Shown here: one piece after another, positions 1 to 13,165 of the stretch
Position numbering within the stretch: position 1 is the stretch's first letter
How the letters are laid out: each line of letters starts with the position of its first letter
Origin: Eledone cirrhosa
Lineage: Eukaryota
Length of the DNA stretch: 64,000 bases
Reading direction: 5' to 3'
Assembly: GCA_964016885.1 (NCBI GenBank)
Contig: OZ024745.1
Location: forward strand, 80,662,001-80,726,000
Program-made: the position numbers and the translations under genes
Notes under the pieces: generated by a model
Database searches by the model: none
Told to the model about the DNA's origin: nothing
The model's input: only the letters and a program-made list of their open reading frames with translations

Positions 1-536
1 ACATATTACATTACATAAAAACAAACTTAAACACTAACTAATTCCTCTAAATTCATAATTCATCCACTCTTCTACTTCTTTTCACCTTATATCCTTAATA
101 ACATTAATATTTTTATTTTAATAATACATATTAACAATTTCTTTTCATCGCACATATTATTAAACCCTTCAATATACAAACCTTAATTTAATATTATTCT
201 TAATTTTTTTTTCTCTTCATCAATTTTCAAATTCTTTTAAATTATATATTATCTTCCAATGGCTTTTTAACCTCCCTCTGTGAAACAATATATATATCTT
301 TTTTTTCTCAGTTATAAAGACTATCTCTCTTTTTCTATCACCCATCTCTCCTATCTCATTCTTCCTTATTATACTCCTCCCCCACCATTCTTTACTCTCA
401 TCTCCTCCTCTTTTTCATTCTCCCCCCCCCCTAATTTTTTCCCCAATATTACACATCAATCTTAAATTACTTTTCATATGTTGATTTAAAACTTCACTAT
501 TCACAAGTGTTTTTTAACCTTCATATCATGTATCCT

Positions 537-605
537 ATTTTATCTGACGAAAACGCAAATGTCATCTCATGATGATATTTGTTTTTGAAATGCGCATAAT
601 AAAAT
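537..605 (+). ncRNA. Type I hammerhead ribozyme motif (Penelope-like pLTR type)
   Basis: ttttat-CTGACGA-stem II (gcaaatgtcatc/gatgatatttgt)-GAAA-tgcgca (palindrome)-TA-ataaaa. Confidence 0.75.
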
Positions 606-740
606 ACATGGAACTCTTTTAACCATCTTTTGATCTTATATTATTTATACCCCAGTCCTACAAACTGTAGAGTGCTACTTATCCAATATCTGCCTTGCTT
701 TATTGTACTACAATAAAACTCACCTCCTACATTATAGATG

Positions 741-772
<32 letters not shown>

Positions 773-1123
773 GTGTGTGTTTGTGTATTTGTGTGTATGT
801 GTATGTATGGATATGTTGATATATATATATATATGTATGTGTATTTGTACGTGTATGTATATGTGTATGTATGTATGTATATATATGTGTGTATATGTAT
901 GTGTATATATATATATCATCATCATCATCATCATCATTTTACGTCCGCTTTTCCCTGCTTGCAAGGGTGGGACGTATGGTGTATGTATATATGCGTGTGT
1001 ATGTAATTGTGTGTGTGTGCATGTGTGTTTATTTTTCCTTTCCTTCTTCCTTTTCCAGCCTCACTTTCATATAGATTATATTTTTGTTTTTAAAATCCAA
1101 TGTCAATAAATACACCAGGATTT

Positions 1124-1184
1124 TTTCATTCTGATGATTGAAAGCAAAATTTGTTTGCTTTCAAGAAACCACTGGTAAATGAAA
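1124..1184 (+). ncRNA. Type I hammerhead ribozyme motif
   Basis: tttcatt-CTGATGA-ttgaaagcaaa/tttgctttcaa-GAAA-ccactgg-TA-aatgaaa. Confidence 0.8.
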
Positions 1185-1281
1185 TAATTGCCTTATGTTG
1201 TTTATTACATAACTATTAAGCTCTGTAACCTACATAGAGCACTCTTTGTTCCTGGACCTTTCCGACGGAATTACTTCATTT

Positions 1282-1361
<80 letters not shown>

Positions 1362-1483
1362 TAGTTAGGTGTGTAACAATAGTTACATGCAGTGCACTAT
1401 TTGAAGCACTCAATACTATTACAAGGCCTGTTTCGTTTGGGTTGTATTTCAGAGTTACGGCTGTAGAGTGCTGAGTGTAAATT

Positions 1484-1700
1484 GATTTAAAAGAATCAAA
1501 GTCAGTGTTGCAGTATATGTACAAACTTTATTTGCATATTATAATTGTTTCGATATCAATCAGCTCAAGGTGCAATCAGGGTGACAGGGCCTGACTTTTT
1601 TTCAACATCTTGTCAGATATGCGAGCTTATATGTGCAAAAAAACACATCTAAACTTTAGTTTGTACATATGCTGCAACACTAATTTCAATTCTTTTAAAT
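1484..1700 (-). mobile_element. Fold-back element with a degenerate hammerhead (1534-1622) in its loop
   Basis: About 45-bp imperfect inverted arms (1484-1528 / 1658-1700); minus strand reads gcatat-CTGACAA-...-GAAA-caatta-TA-atatgc; homologous to 2247-2333. Confidence 0.6.
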
Positions 1701-2246
1701 CTCTCTCTGTCTCACTCCCCCCTCTCTCCCTCGCACTATATATATATATATATATATATATAGTAATAATAATAATAAATACAAAGACCAAAATCCAGAG
1801 AGGACTTAATAAGGGCTGTAATTCTCCTTGCATACATTTCGCTCATCTCCCTCACATGCTTCCATTATGTCATTCTATTTTCTAAAACCATCAGAAACAA
1901 TGGTGCCACATGACATTGAATTTCTTATTTTTTACAAATTTTCTATATAATCTTTTAATTATCTCTATTCTCTACTCTTTCTCTTTCTCCTTCCCCCTTT
2001 GGTTCTCTTCTTTTTCTTTTCTTCTGTTTCTCTTTTTCTCCTCTTCTCCTTTTCACTTCTGTTATTTCTTCTTTCTTGCTTCCCTATTGAATAGTTATCT
2101 TTAAATAGAAATTTACAATTCCTCATCTATGTGATCTTTAAATAGACATTTACTGTTCTTCTTGTACTTCCCCTGTTCTCCACCCACCCTACCTAGAACC
2201 CAGGAATACATGTATATAAAAGTAACAAGGGAACCATGTAAACGCA

Positions 2247-2333
2247 CATATCTGAGGAGATGTTGAAGAATATTCAGGCTTCGATCACTTTGATCACACC
2301 TGAGCTGATCGATATTGAAACAATTGTAATATG
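2247..2333 (+). ncRNA. Type I hammerhead ribozyme motif
   Basis: catat-CTGAGGA-gatgttga...tcgatatt-GAAA-caattg (palindrome)-TA-atatg. Confidence 0.75.
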
Positions 2334-2434
2334 CAAATAAAGTTTCTACATAAGCTGTGAATCTGACTTTGACTTCAATTATTTCATTATATATATATAT
2401 CTATATCTATCTATCTATCTAGCTATCTATCTTT

Positions 2435-2541
2435 ATAGTTTATTGTTGTTTATTAATGTTAAAGTTATTTTTATGTAAAACCCCACCGTCACGTCTTGTA
2501 ATGTCCCATTTTTGTACGCCCCTGTGGCAAATAAAGAAAGA
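2435..2541 (+). mobile_element. Short 3' end fragment of a Tx1-like LINE
   Basis: tatgtaaaacccc...gtcttgta..gtcc...gcccctgtggcaaataaagaaa resembles 57027-57097; flanked by (TATC)n. Confidence 0.5.
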
Positions 2542-2753
2542 TATCTATCTGTGTGTTTGAGAGAGAGAGAGAGAGTCCCGGGTTCAATCGGGGGTAACCA
2601 CACATACAAGATTTTGATTTAATATAGAAATGGCTTCTGCAGGACTAGAACTGTTTCAATCGAAGGAAATCATATATAAAGTTTCCAGAGTTGCAGAGAA
2701 AAATTGATGCATTACAGTAAAAAAAAAAAAGATATGACATTGTTATTACTTAC

Positions 2754-2803
2754 AGTATTTCCTTCATTGCAGTTTGTTGCAGAAATGGATGAAAATGCTG
2801 CAT
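2754..2803 (-). CDS. Probable small downstream exon of the delphilin-like gene
   Basis: ttgttgtttattctag|AT GCA ... ACT|gtaagt; open in phase 1 after the 13023 exon, giving (D)AAFSSISATNCNEGNT. Consensus donor, no homology support. Confidence 0.6.
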
Positions 2804-2805
2804 CT

Positions 2806-5800
2806 AGAATAAACAACAACAAATATTACACTTAGAATAAAGAACAACTATGAATGCTGTGTCTAAAATAGACAACAACTATGAATGTTATGTCTAAAAT
2901 AGACAACAACTATGAATGCTGTGTCTAAAATAGACAACAACTATGAATGCTGTGTCTAAAATAGACAACAACTATGAATGCTGTGTCTAAAATAGACAAC
3001 AACTATGAATGATGTGTCTAAAATAGACAACAACTATGAATGTTGTGTCTAGAATAGACAACAACTATGAATGTGTGTCTAAAATAGAGAACAACTATGA
3101 ATGCTGTCTAAAATAGACAACAACTATGAATGCTATGTCTAAAATAGACAACAACTATGAATGCTATGTCTAAAATAGACAACAACTATGAATGCTGTGT
3201 CTAAAATAGAGAACAACTATGAATGATGTGTCTAAAATAGACAACAACTATGAATGTTATGTCTAAAATAGACAACAACTATGAATGCTATGTCTAAAAT
3301 AGACAACAACTATGAATGCTGTGTCTAAAATAGACAACAACTATGAATGCTGTGTCTAAAATAGACAACAACTATGAATGCTGTGTCTAGAATAGAAAAC
3401 AACTATGAATGCTGTGTCTAAAATAGACAACAACTATGAATGCTGTGTCTAAAATAGACAACAACTATGAATGCGGTGTCTAAAATAGACAACAACTATG
3501 AATGCTGTGTCTAAAATAGACAACAACTATGAATGCTGTGTCTAAAATAGACAATAACTATGAATTCTGTGTCTAAAATAGAGAACAACTATGAATGCTG
3601 TGTCTAAAATAGAGAAAACTATGAATGCTGTGTCTAAAATAGAAAACAACTATGAATGCTGTGTCTAAAATAGACAACAACTATGAATGTTATGTCTAAA
3701 ATAGACAACAACTATGAATGCTGTGTCTAAAATAGAGAACAACTATGAATGCTGTGTCTTAAATAGACAACAACTATGAATGCTGTGTCTAAAATAGAGA
3801 ACAACTATGAATGTTGTGTCTCAGAATAGAGAACAACTATGAATTCTGTGTCTAAAATAGAGAACAACTATGAATGCTACGTCTAAAATAGACAACAACT
3901 ATGAATGCTGTGTCTAAAATAGACAACAACTATGAATGCTATGTCTAAAATAGACAACAACTATGAATGCTATGTCTAAAATAGACAATAACTATGAATG
4001 CTGTGTCTAAAATAGACAACAACTATGAATGCTATGTCTAAAATAGACAACAACTATGAATGCTGTGTCTAAAATAGAGAACAACTATGAATGTTGTGTC
4101 TCAGAATAGAGAACAACTATGAATACTGTGTCTAAAATAGACAGCAACTATGAATGCTGTGTCTAAAATAGAGAAAACTATGAATGCTGTGTCTAAAATA
4201 GAGAACAACTATGAATGCTGTGTCTAAAATAGACAACAACTATGAATGTTATGTCTAAAATAGACAACAACTATGAATGCTATGTCTAAAATAGACAACA
4301 ACTATGAATGCTGTGTCTAAAATAGACAACAACTATGAATGCTGTGTCTAAAATAGACAACAACTATGAATGCTGTGTCTAAAATAGACAACAACTATGA
4401 ATGCTGTGTCTAAAATAGACAACAACTATGAATGCTGTGTCTAAAATAGACAACAACTATGAATGATGTGTCTAAAATAGACAACAACTATGAATGCTGT
4501 GTCTAGAATAGACAACAACTATGAATGTTGTGTCTAAAATAGAGAACAACTATGAATGCTGTGTCTAAAATAGACAACAACTATGAATGCGGTGTCTAAA
4601 ATAGACAACAACTATGAATGCTGTGTCTAAAATAGACAACAACTATGAATGCTGTGTCTAAAATAGACAATAACTATGAATTCTGTGTCTAAAATAGAGA
4701 ACAACTATGAATGCTGTGTCTAAAATAGAGAAAACTATGAATGCTGTGTCTAAAATAGAAAACAACTATGAATGCTGTGTCTAAAATAGACAACAACTAT
4801 GAATGTTATGTCTAAAATAGACAACAACTATGAATGCTGTGTCTAAAATAGAGAACAACTATGAATGCTGTGTCTTAAATAGACAACAACTATGAATGCT
4901 GTGTCTAAAATAGAGAACAACTATGAATGTTGTGTCTCAGAATAGAGAACAACTATGAATTCTGTGTCTAAAATAGAGAACAACTATGAATGCTACGTCT
5001 AAAATAGACAACAACTATGAATGCTGTGTCTAAAATAGACAACAACTATGAATGCTATGTCTAAAATAGACAACAACTATGAATGCTATGTCTAAAATAG
5101 ACAATAACTATGAATGCTGTGTCTAAAATAGACAACAACTATGAATGCTATGTCTAAAATAGACAACAACTATGAATGCTGTGTCTAAAATAGAGAACAA
5201 CTATGAATGTTGTGTCTCAGAATAGAGAACAACTATGAATACTGTGTCTAAAATAGACAGCAACTATGAATGCTGTGTCTAAAATAGAGAAAACTATGAA
5301 TGCTGTGTCTAAAATAGAGAACAACTATGAATGCTGTGTCTAAAATAGACAACAACTATGAATGTTATGTCTAAAATAGACAACAACTATGAATGCTATG
5401 TCTAAAATAGACAACAACTATGAATGCTGTGTCTAAAATAGACAACAACTATGAATGCTGTGTCTAAAATAGACAACAACTATGAATGCTGTGTCTAAAA
5501 TAGACAACAACTATGAATGCTGTGTCTAAAATAGACAACAACTATGAATGCTGTGTCTAAAATAGACAACAACTATGAATGATGTGTCTAAAATAGACAA
5601 CAACTATGAATGCTGTGTCTAGAATAGACAACAACTATGAATGTTGTGTCTAAAATAGAGAACAACTATGAATGCTGTGTCTAAAATAGACAACAACTAT
5701 GAATGCTATGTCTAAAATAGACAACAACTATGAATGCTATGTCTAAAATAGACAACAACTATGAATGCTGTGTCTAAAATAGACAACAACTATGAATGCT

Positions 5801-8800
5801 GTGTCTAAAATAGACAACAACTATGAATGCTGTGTCTAGAATAGAAAACAACTATGAATGCTGTGTCTAAAATAGACAACAACTATGAATGCTGTGTCTA
5901 AAATAGACAACAACTATGAATGCGGTGTCTAAAATAGACAACAACTATGAATGCTGTGTCTAAAATAGACAACAACTATGAATGCTGTGTCTAAAATAGA
6001 CAATAACTATGAATTCTGTGTCTAAAATAGAGAACAACTATGAATGCTGTGTCTAAAATAGAGAAAACTATGAATGCTGTGTCTAAAATAGAAAACAACT
6101 ATGAATGCTGTGTCTAAAATAGACAACAACTATGAATGTTATGTCTAAAATAGACAACAACTATGAATGCTGTGTCTAAAATAGAGAACAACTATGAATG
6201 CTGTGTCTTAAATAGACAACAACTATGAATGCTGTGTCTAAAATAGAGAACAACTATGAATGTTGTGTCTCAGAATAGAGAACAACTATGAATTCTGTGT
6301 CTAAAATAGAGAACAACTATGAATGCTACGTCTAAAATAGACAACAACTATGAATGCTGTGTCTAAAATAGACAACAACTATGAATGCTATGTCTAAAAT
6401 AGACAACAACTATGAATGCTATGTCTAAAATAGACAATAACTATGAATGCTGTGTCTAAAATAGACAACAACTATGAATGCTATGTCTAAAATAGACAAC
6501 AACTATGAATGCTGTGTCTAAAATAGAGAACAACTATGAATGTTGTGTCTCAGAATAGAGAACAACTATGAATACTGTGTCTAAAATAGACAGCAACTAT
6601 GAATGCTGTGTCTAAAATAGAGAAAACTATGAATGCTGTGTCTAAAATAGAGAACAACTATGAATGCTGTGTCTAAAATAGACAACAACTATGAATGTTA
6701 TGTCTAAAATAGACAACAACTATGAATGCTATGTCTAAAATAGACAACAACTATGAATGCTGTGTCTAAAATAGACAACAACTATGAATGCTGTGTCTAA
6801 AATAGACAACAACTATGAATGCTGTGTCTAAAATAGACAACAACTATGAATGCTGTGTCTAAAATAGACAACAACTATGAATGCTGTGTCTAAAATAGAC
6901 AACAACTATGAATGATGTGTCTAAAATAGACAACAACTATGAATGCTGTGTCTAGAATAGACAACAACTATGAATGTTGTGTCTAAAATAGAGAACAACT
7001 ATGAATGCTGTGTCTAAAATAGACAACAACTATGAATGCGGTGTCTAAAATAGACAACAACTATGAATGCTGTGTCTAAAATAGACAACAACTATGAATG
7101 CTGTGTCTAAAATAGACAATAACTATGAATTCTGTGTCTAAAATAGAGAACAACTATGAATGCTGTGTCTAAAATAGAGAAAACTATGAATGCTGTGTCT
7201 AAAATAGAAAACAACTATGAATGCTGTGTCTAAAATAGACAACAACTATGAATGTTATGTCTAAAATAGACAACAACTATGAATGCTGTGTCTAAAATAG
7301 AGAACAACTATGAATGCTGTGTCTTAAATAGACAACAACTATGAATGCTGTGTCTAAAATAGAGAACAACTATGAATGTTGTGTCTCAGAATAGAGAACA
7401 ACTATGAATTCTGTGTCTAAAATAGAGAACAACTATGAATGCTACGTCTAAAATAGACAACAACTATGAATGCTGTGTCTAAAATAGACAACAACTATGA
7501 ATGCTATGTCTAAAATAGACAACAACTATGAATGCTATGTCTAAAATAGACAATAACTATGAATGCTGTGTCTAAAATAGACAACAACTATGAATGCTAT
7601 GTCTAAAATAGACAACAACTATGAATGCTGTGTCTAAAATAGAGAACAACTATGAATGTTGTGTCTCAGAATAGAGAACAACTATGAATACTGTGTCTAA
7701 AATAGACAGCAACTATGAATGCTGTGTCTAAAATAGAGAAAACTATGAATGCTGTGTCTAAAATAGAGAACAACTATGAATGCTGTGTCTAAAATAGACA
7801 ACAACTATGAATGTTATGTCTAAAATAGACAACAACTATGAATGCTATGTCTAAAATAGACAACAACTATGAATGCTGTGTCTAAAATAGACAACAACTA
7901 TGAATGCTGTGTCTAAAATAGACAACAACTATGAATGCTGTGTCTAAAATAGACAACAACTATGAATGCTGTGTCTAAAATAGACAACAACTATGAATGC
8001 TGTGTCTAAAATAGACAACAACTATGAATGATGTGTCTAAAATAGACAACAACTATGAATGCTGTGTCTAGAATAGACAACAACTATGAATGTTGTGTCT
8101 AAAATAGAGAACAACTATGAATGCTGTGTCTAAAATAGACAACAACTATGAATGCTATGTCTAAAATAGACAACAACTATGAATGCTATGTCTAAAATAG
8201 ACAACAACTATGAATGCTGTGTCTAAAATAGACAACAACTATGAATGCTGTGTCTAAAATAGACAACAACTATGAATGCTATGTCTAAAATAGACAACAA
8301 CTATGAATGCTGTGTCTAGAATAGACAACAACTATGAATGTTGTGTCTAAAATAGAGAACAACTATGAATGCTGTCTAAAATAGACAACAACTATGAATG
8401 CTATGTCTAAAATAGACAACAACTATGAATGCTATGTCTAAAATAGACAACAACTATGAATGCTGTGTCTAAAATAGACAACAACTATGAATGTTATGTC
8501 TAAAATAGACAACAACTATGAATGCTATGTCTAAAATAGACAACAACTATGAATGCTGTGTCTAAAATAGACAACAACTATGAATGCTGTGTCTAAAATA
8601 GACAACAACTATGAATGCTGTGTCTAAAATAGACAACAACTATGAATGCTGTGTCTAAAATAGACAACAACTATGAATGATGTGTCTAAAATAGACAACA
8701 ACTATGAATGCTGTGTCTAGAATAGACAACAACTATGAATGTTGTGTCTAAAATAGAGAACAACTATGAATGCTGTGTCTAAAATAGACAACAACTATGA

Positions 8801-11112
8801 ATGCTATGTCTAAAATAGACAACAACTATGAATGCTATGTCTAAAATAGACAACAACTATGAATGCTGTGTCTAAAATAGAGAACAACTATGAATGCTGT
8901 GTCTAAAATAGACAACAACTATGAATGTTATGTCTAAAATAGACAACAACTATGAATGCTATGTCTAAAATAGACAACAACTATGAATGCTGTGTCTAAG
9001 ATAGACAACAACTATGAATGCTGTGTCTAAAATAGACAACAACTATGAATGCTATGTCTAAAATAGACAACAACTATGAATGCTGTGTCTAAAATAGACA
9101 ACAACTATGAATGTTGTGTCTAGAATAGACAACAACTATGAATGCTATGTCTAAAATAGACAACAACTATGAATGCTATGTCTAAAATAGACAACAACTA
9201 TGAATACTATGTCTAAAATAGACAACAACTATGAATGCTGTGTCTAAAATAGACAACAACTATGAATGCTATGTCTAAAATAGACAACAACTATGAATAC
9301 TATGTCTAAAATAGACAACAACTATGAATGCTGTGTCTAAAATAGACAACAACTATGAATGCTGTGTCTAAAATAGAGAACAACTATGAATGTTGTGTCT
9401 CAGAATAGAGAACAACTATGAATTCTGTGTCTAAAATAGAGAACAACTATGAATGCTATGTCTAAAATAGACAACAACTATGAATGCTGTGTCTAAAATA
9501 GACAACAACTATGAATGCTATGTCTAAAATAGACAACAACTATGAATGCTATGTCTAAAATAGACAATAACTATGAATGCTGTGTCTAAAATAGACAACA
9601 ACTATGAATGCTATGTCTAAAATAGACAACAACTATGAATGCTGTGTCTAAAATAGAGAACAACTATGAATGTTGTGTCTCAGAATAGAGAACAACTATG
9701 GATACTGTGTCTAAAATAGACAGCAACTATGAATGCTGTGTCTAAAATAGACAACAACTATGAATACTATGTCTAAAATAGACAACAACTATGAATGCTG
9801 TGTCTAAAATAGACAACAACTATGAATGCTATGTCTAAAATAGACAACAACTATGAATACTATGTCTAAAATAGACAACAACTATGAATGCTGTGTCTAG
9901 AATAGAGAACAACTATGAATGCTGTGTCTTAAATAGACAACAACTATGAATGCTGTGTCTAAAATAGACAACAACTATGAATGTTGTGTCTCAGAATAGA
10001 GAACAACTATGAATTCTGTGTCTAAAATAGAGAACAACTATGAATGCTATGTCTAAAATAGACAACAACTATGAATGCTGTGTCTAAAATAGACAACAAC
10101 TATGAATGCTATGTCTAAAATAGACAACAACTATGAATGCTATGTCTAAAATAGACAATAACTATGAATGCTGTGTCTAAAATAGACAACAACTATGAAT
10201 GCTATGTCTAAAATAGACAACAACTATGAATGCTGTGTCTAAAATAGAGAACAACTATGAATGTTGTGTCTCAGAATAGAGAACAACTATGAATACTGTG
10301 TCTAAAATAGACAGCAACTATGAATGCTGTGTCTAAAATAGACAATAACTATGAATGCTGTGTCTAAAATAGACAACAACTATTAATGCTATGTCTAAAA
10401 TAGACAACAACTATGAATGCTATGTCTAAAATAGACAACAACTATGAATGCTGTGTCTAGAATAGAGAACAACTATGAATGCTGTGTCTAAAATAAACAA
10501 CAACTATGAATGCTGTGTCTAAAATAGACAACAACTATGAATGCTGTGTCTAAAATAGACAACAACTATGAATGCTGTGTCTAAAATAGACAACAACTAT
10601 GAATGTTGTGTCTAGAATAGAGAACAACTATGAATGCTGTGTCTAAAATAGACAACAACTATGAATGCTATGTCTAAAATAGACAACAACTATGAATGCT
10701 GTGTCTAAAATAAACAACAACTATGAATGCTGTGTCTAGAATAGAGAACAACTATGAATGCTGTGTCTAGAATAGAAAACAACTATGAATGCTGTGTCTA
10801 AAATAGAGAACAACTATGAATGCTGTGTCTAGAATAGAGAACAACTATGAATGCTGTGTCTAAAATAGACAACAACTATGAATGCTATGTCTAAAATAGA
10901 CAACAACTATGAATGCTGTGTCTAAAATAAACAACAACTATGAATGCTGTGTCTAGAATAGAGAACAACTATGAATGCTGTGTCTAGAATAGAAAACAAC
11001 TATGAATGCTGTGTCTAAAATAGACAACAACTATGAATGCTGTGTCTAAAATAGAGAACAACTATGAATGCTGTGTCTAAAATAGAGAACAACAACAAAT
11101 GTTGCATCTAGC
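2806..11112. repeat. 31-bp minisatellite, about 265 units, with higher-order structure
   Basis: Unit GACAACAACTATGAATGCTGTGTCTAAAATA repeated continuously with few variants; degenerate units at both edges. Confidence 0.98.
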
Positions 11113-11274
11113 GTAAACTACACAATGAGCATTTTAAGGCAATGTCCCCTATTAAAGTATTGCGGATCTCAGAATAGATTTTATACTTAATGTGGGGTCT
11201 TTTTTGAGGCAAAGTTTTATGGCCAGATACTCTGTCTTGTGTCAACTATTTTTAGTTGCCCTCTTACATGTAGG

Positions 11275-11430
11275 GATACAGTGTACCTAGTCACCTCTTA
11301 CAACATGTAGAGATGAGATACAGTGTACCTAGTCCCCTCTTACAACATGTAGAGATACAGTGTACCTAGTCCCCTCTTACAACATGTAGAGATACAGTGT
11401 TCGTATTCTATACCAGATATCTTACAACAT
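11275..11430. repeat. Short tandem repeat, unit about 37 bp
   Basis: gatacagtgtacctagtcccctcttacaacatgtaga, 3-4 copies. Confidence 0.8.
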
Positions 11431-12022
11431 GCATGGATATTGTATACCTATTCTAAACATATACACAGAATGCAGTCAGTTTTACTTAAAAGTACCAGAG
11501 AGAAAATAAGTTTTTGTGGGAGATACCCTACTGATTTTAGCTTGGTTTCTATGGCTGGATGCTTTTTGTTATGACATCTACATGACCACCTTACAGTGTG
11601 GGCTGGGGGATTTGGTGGGAAGGGTGTGTGGCGATTAAGGAGGTGGGTATATGGGCGTGTGTGAGGGGCAGAGTGTTAGGATGCAGATATATGGGTGTGT
11701 GAGAGGGTGGGTGAATACTATATGTATACTTTAGCCTGTGCTTGTGGGAATGTGGGTCTTCTGCATTACGCATAATGCCAGAGATCCCAGTCCTGTGTCA
11801 TTGCCTTTGATATATATATAACCATGATGCATTTCTATAATGTACAATTGTTGCATACGGATCAGCGAAAGTGTACAGTCGGGACTTTGAAGAAAAAATA
11901 GGTATATGTCTGTGCCTATTATTTCCTCTTATTTTATAATTTGATATATAGCTCTGACTATCGAGTCAATTTAATCATTTTGATTATTTTGGCCCTTTCA
12001 ATCATCGAGCGACACTGGTTAA

Positions 12023-12241
12023 CCCTTTAGCATTTAACCCACTGTATCCGGCCAGAATTCTCTTACCTCTTTCTGTTCAAACCGGCCGTAACTGGTCGCT
12101 CATACTCATGTTAAGGTATTTTTCTTAAAATAAATGACATAAAAATCTCGTAGATTCGATATTATGTGAGATAATTATGTTAGGTAAAGCCTTCACCACA
12201 AAATACAATAGTATATATAGAGTAATGTAAATGCTAAAGGG
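12023..12241. mobile_element. piggyBac-type MITE
   Basis: TTAA on both sides; 14-bp TIR CCCTTTAGCATTTA/TAAATGCTAAAGGG; homologous to 17246-17466. Confidence 0.85.
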
Positions 12242-12321
12242 TTAAGGTTGACACCACACACACTCACATACATGTGAAAAAAAAAATGTATATGTGTGTA
12301 TCTCATTATTATATATATATA

Positions 12322-12652
12322 TCATCATTTTCATTTCATTTAACATCCGCTTTTTACCTGCTTGCAAGGGTGGGACGGGAACTGATTCTGGCTTGATTTC
12401 TACAACTGGATGCCCTTCCTAACACCAACCTCATTTACAGTGAGTGCTGGGTGGTTTTTGCCGTGGCACCTACACGACCACTTTGCAGTGGAATGATATG
12501 GACCCCTATCATCTCATTTCTACAGCTGAGTAAACTGAAGCAATGTGAAATAAAGTGTCTTGCTCAAGGAAACAACACATAACCCGATCTGAGAATTGAA
12601 CTCACAACCTTTCGATTGCAAGGCCAATGCTCTAACCACTAAGCCATGTGCC
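12322..12652 (-). mobile_element. tRNA-derived SINE family A (RTE-type tail)
   Basis: Reverse complement of 45414-45767. Confidence 0.85.
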
Positions 12653-13022
12653 TATACATATACATGTGCCTATACATATACATAAAGTTAAGAAAATTAT
12701 CAAAGAGAGGACAAGACAATGAACGGAAACAAGGCAAAACAAAAACATATTTTTTTATTATTTCATATACTATGAAATAATAATTTCATTTGACTGATCT
12801 TAATGTCAACTTTTGTCAGAAAGTATAATTAGCAAATCAACCAGCATATTACTGGTACTTATTTTATCAACTTTGCAATGGTTGTCACATTATATTATAT
12901 GAAAATACAATAAGTTGATGTCAACAGATACAAGTGGAAAATATTGGAAATTTTTAATAGAGACCAATTTGAGAGTTGAAGAAATCCTCGTTATCAAAGA
13001 AAGAACTAACAATTTTACTTAC

Positions 13023-13165
13023 CAAGTTGTTTATTCCTTGATATTATTTTCTGTTTTACCAATGCTTGATGTTTAAGAGTGAGATCTGATAAAAGACTTA
13101 ACCATACTGTTTGTTTTGCAGGGGTATTTAGAATACGTTCTATATTGATAATGTTTCCAAATGTT
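13023..13165 (-). CDS. GRID2IP: Delphilin-like exon: third HN-like repeat, second part
   Basis: ttttcag|A ACA ... G|gtaagt; TFGNIINIERILNTPAKQTVWLSLLSDLTLKHQALVKQKI..., LNTPAKQxxW motif. Confidence 0.75.

Noticed and set aside
695-1109. YIYI/VCVC/HTHT ORFs here and throughout the window
   Set aside because: Translations of (TA)n, (TG)n, (CAT)n and (TC)n microsatellites.
2806-11112. CRISPR array or repeat-protein CDS
   Set aside because: No unique spacers, eukaryotic context, and the unit is 31 nt (not a multiple of 3) with stops on both strands.
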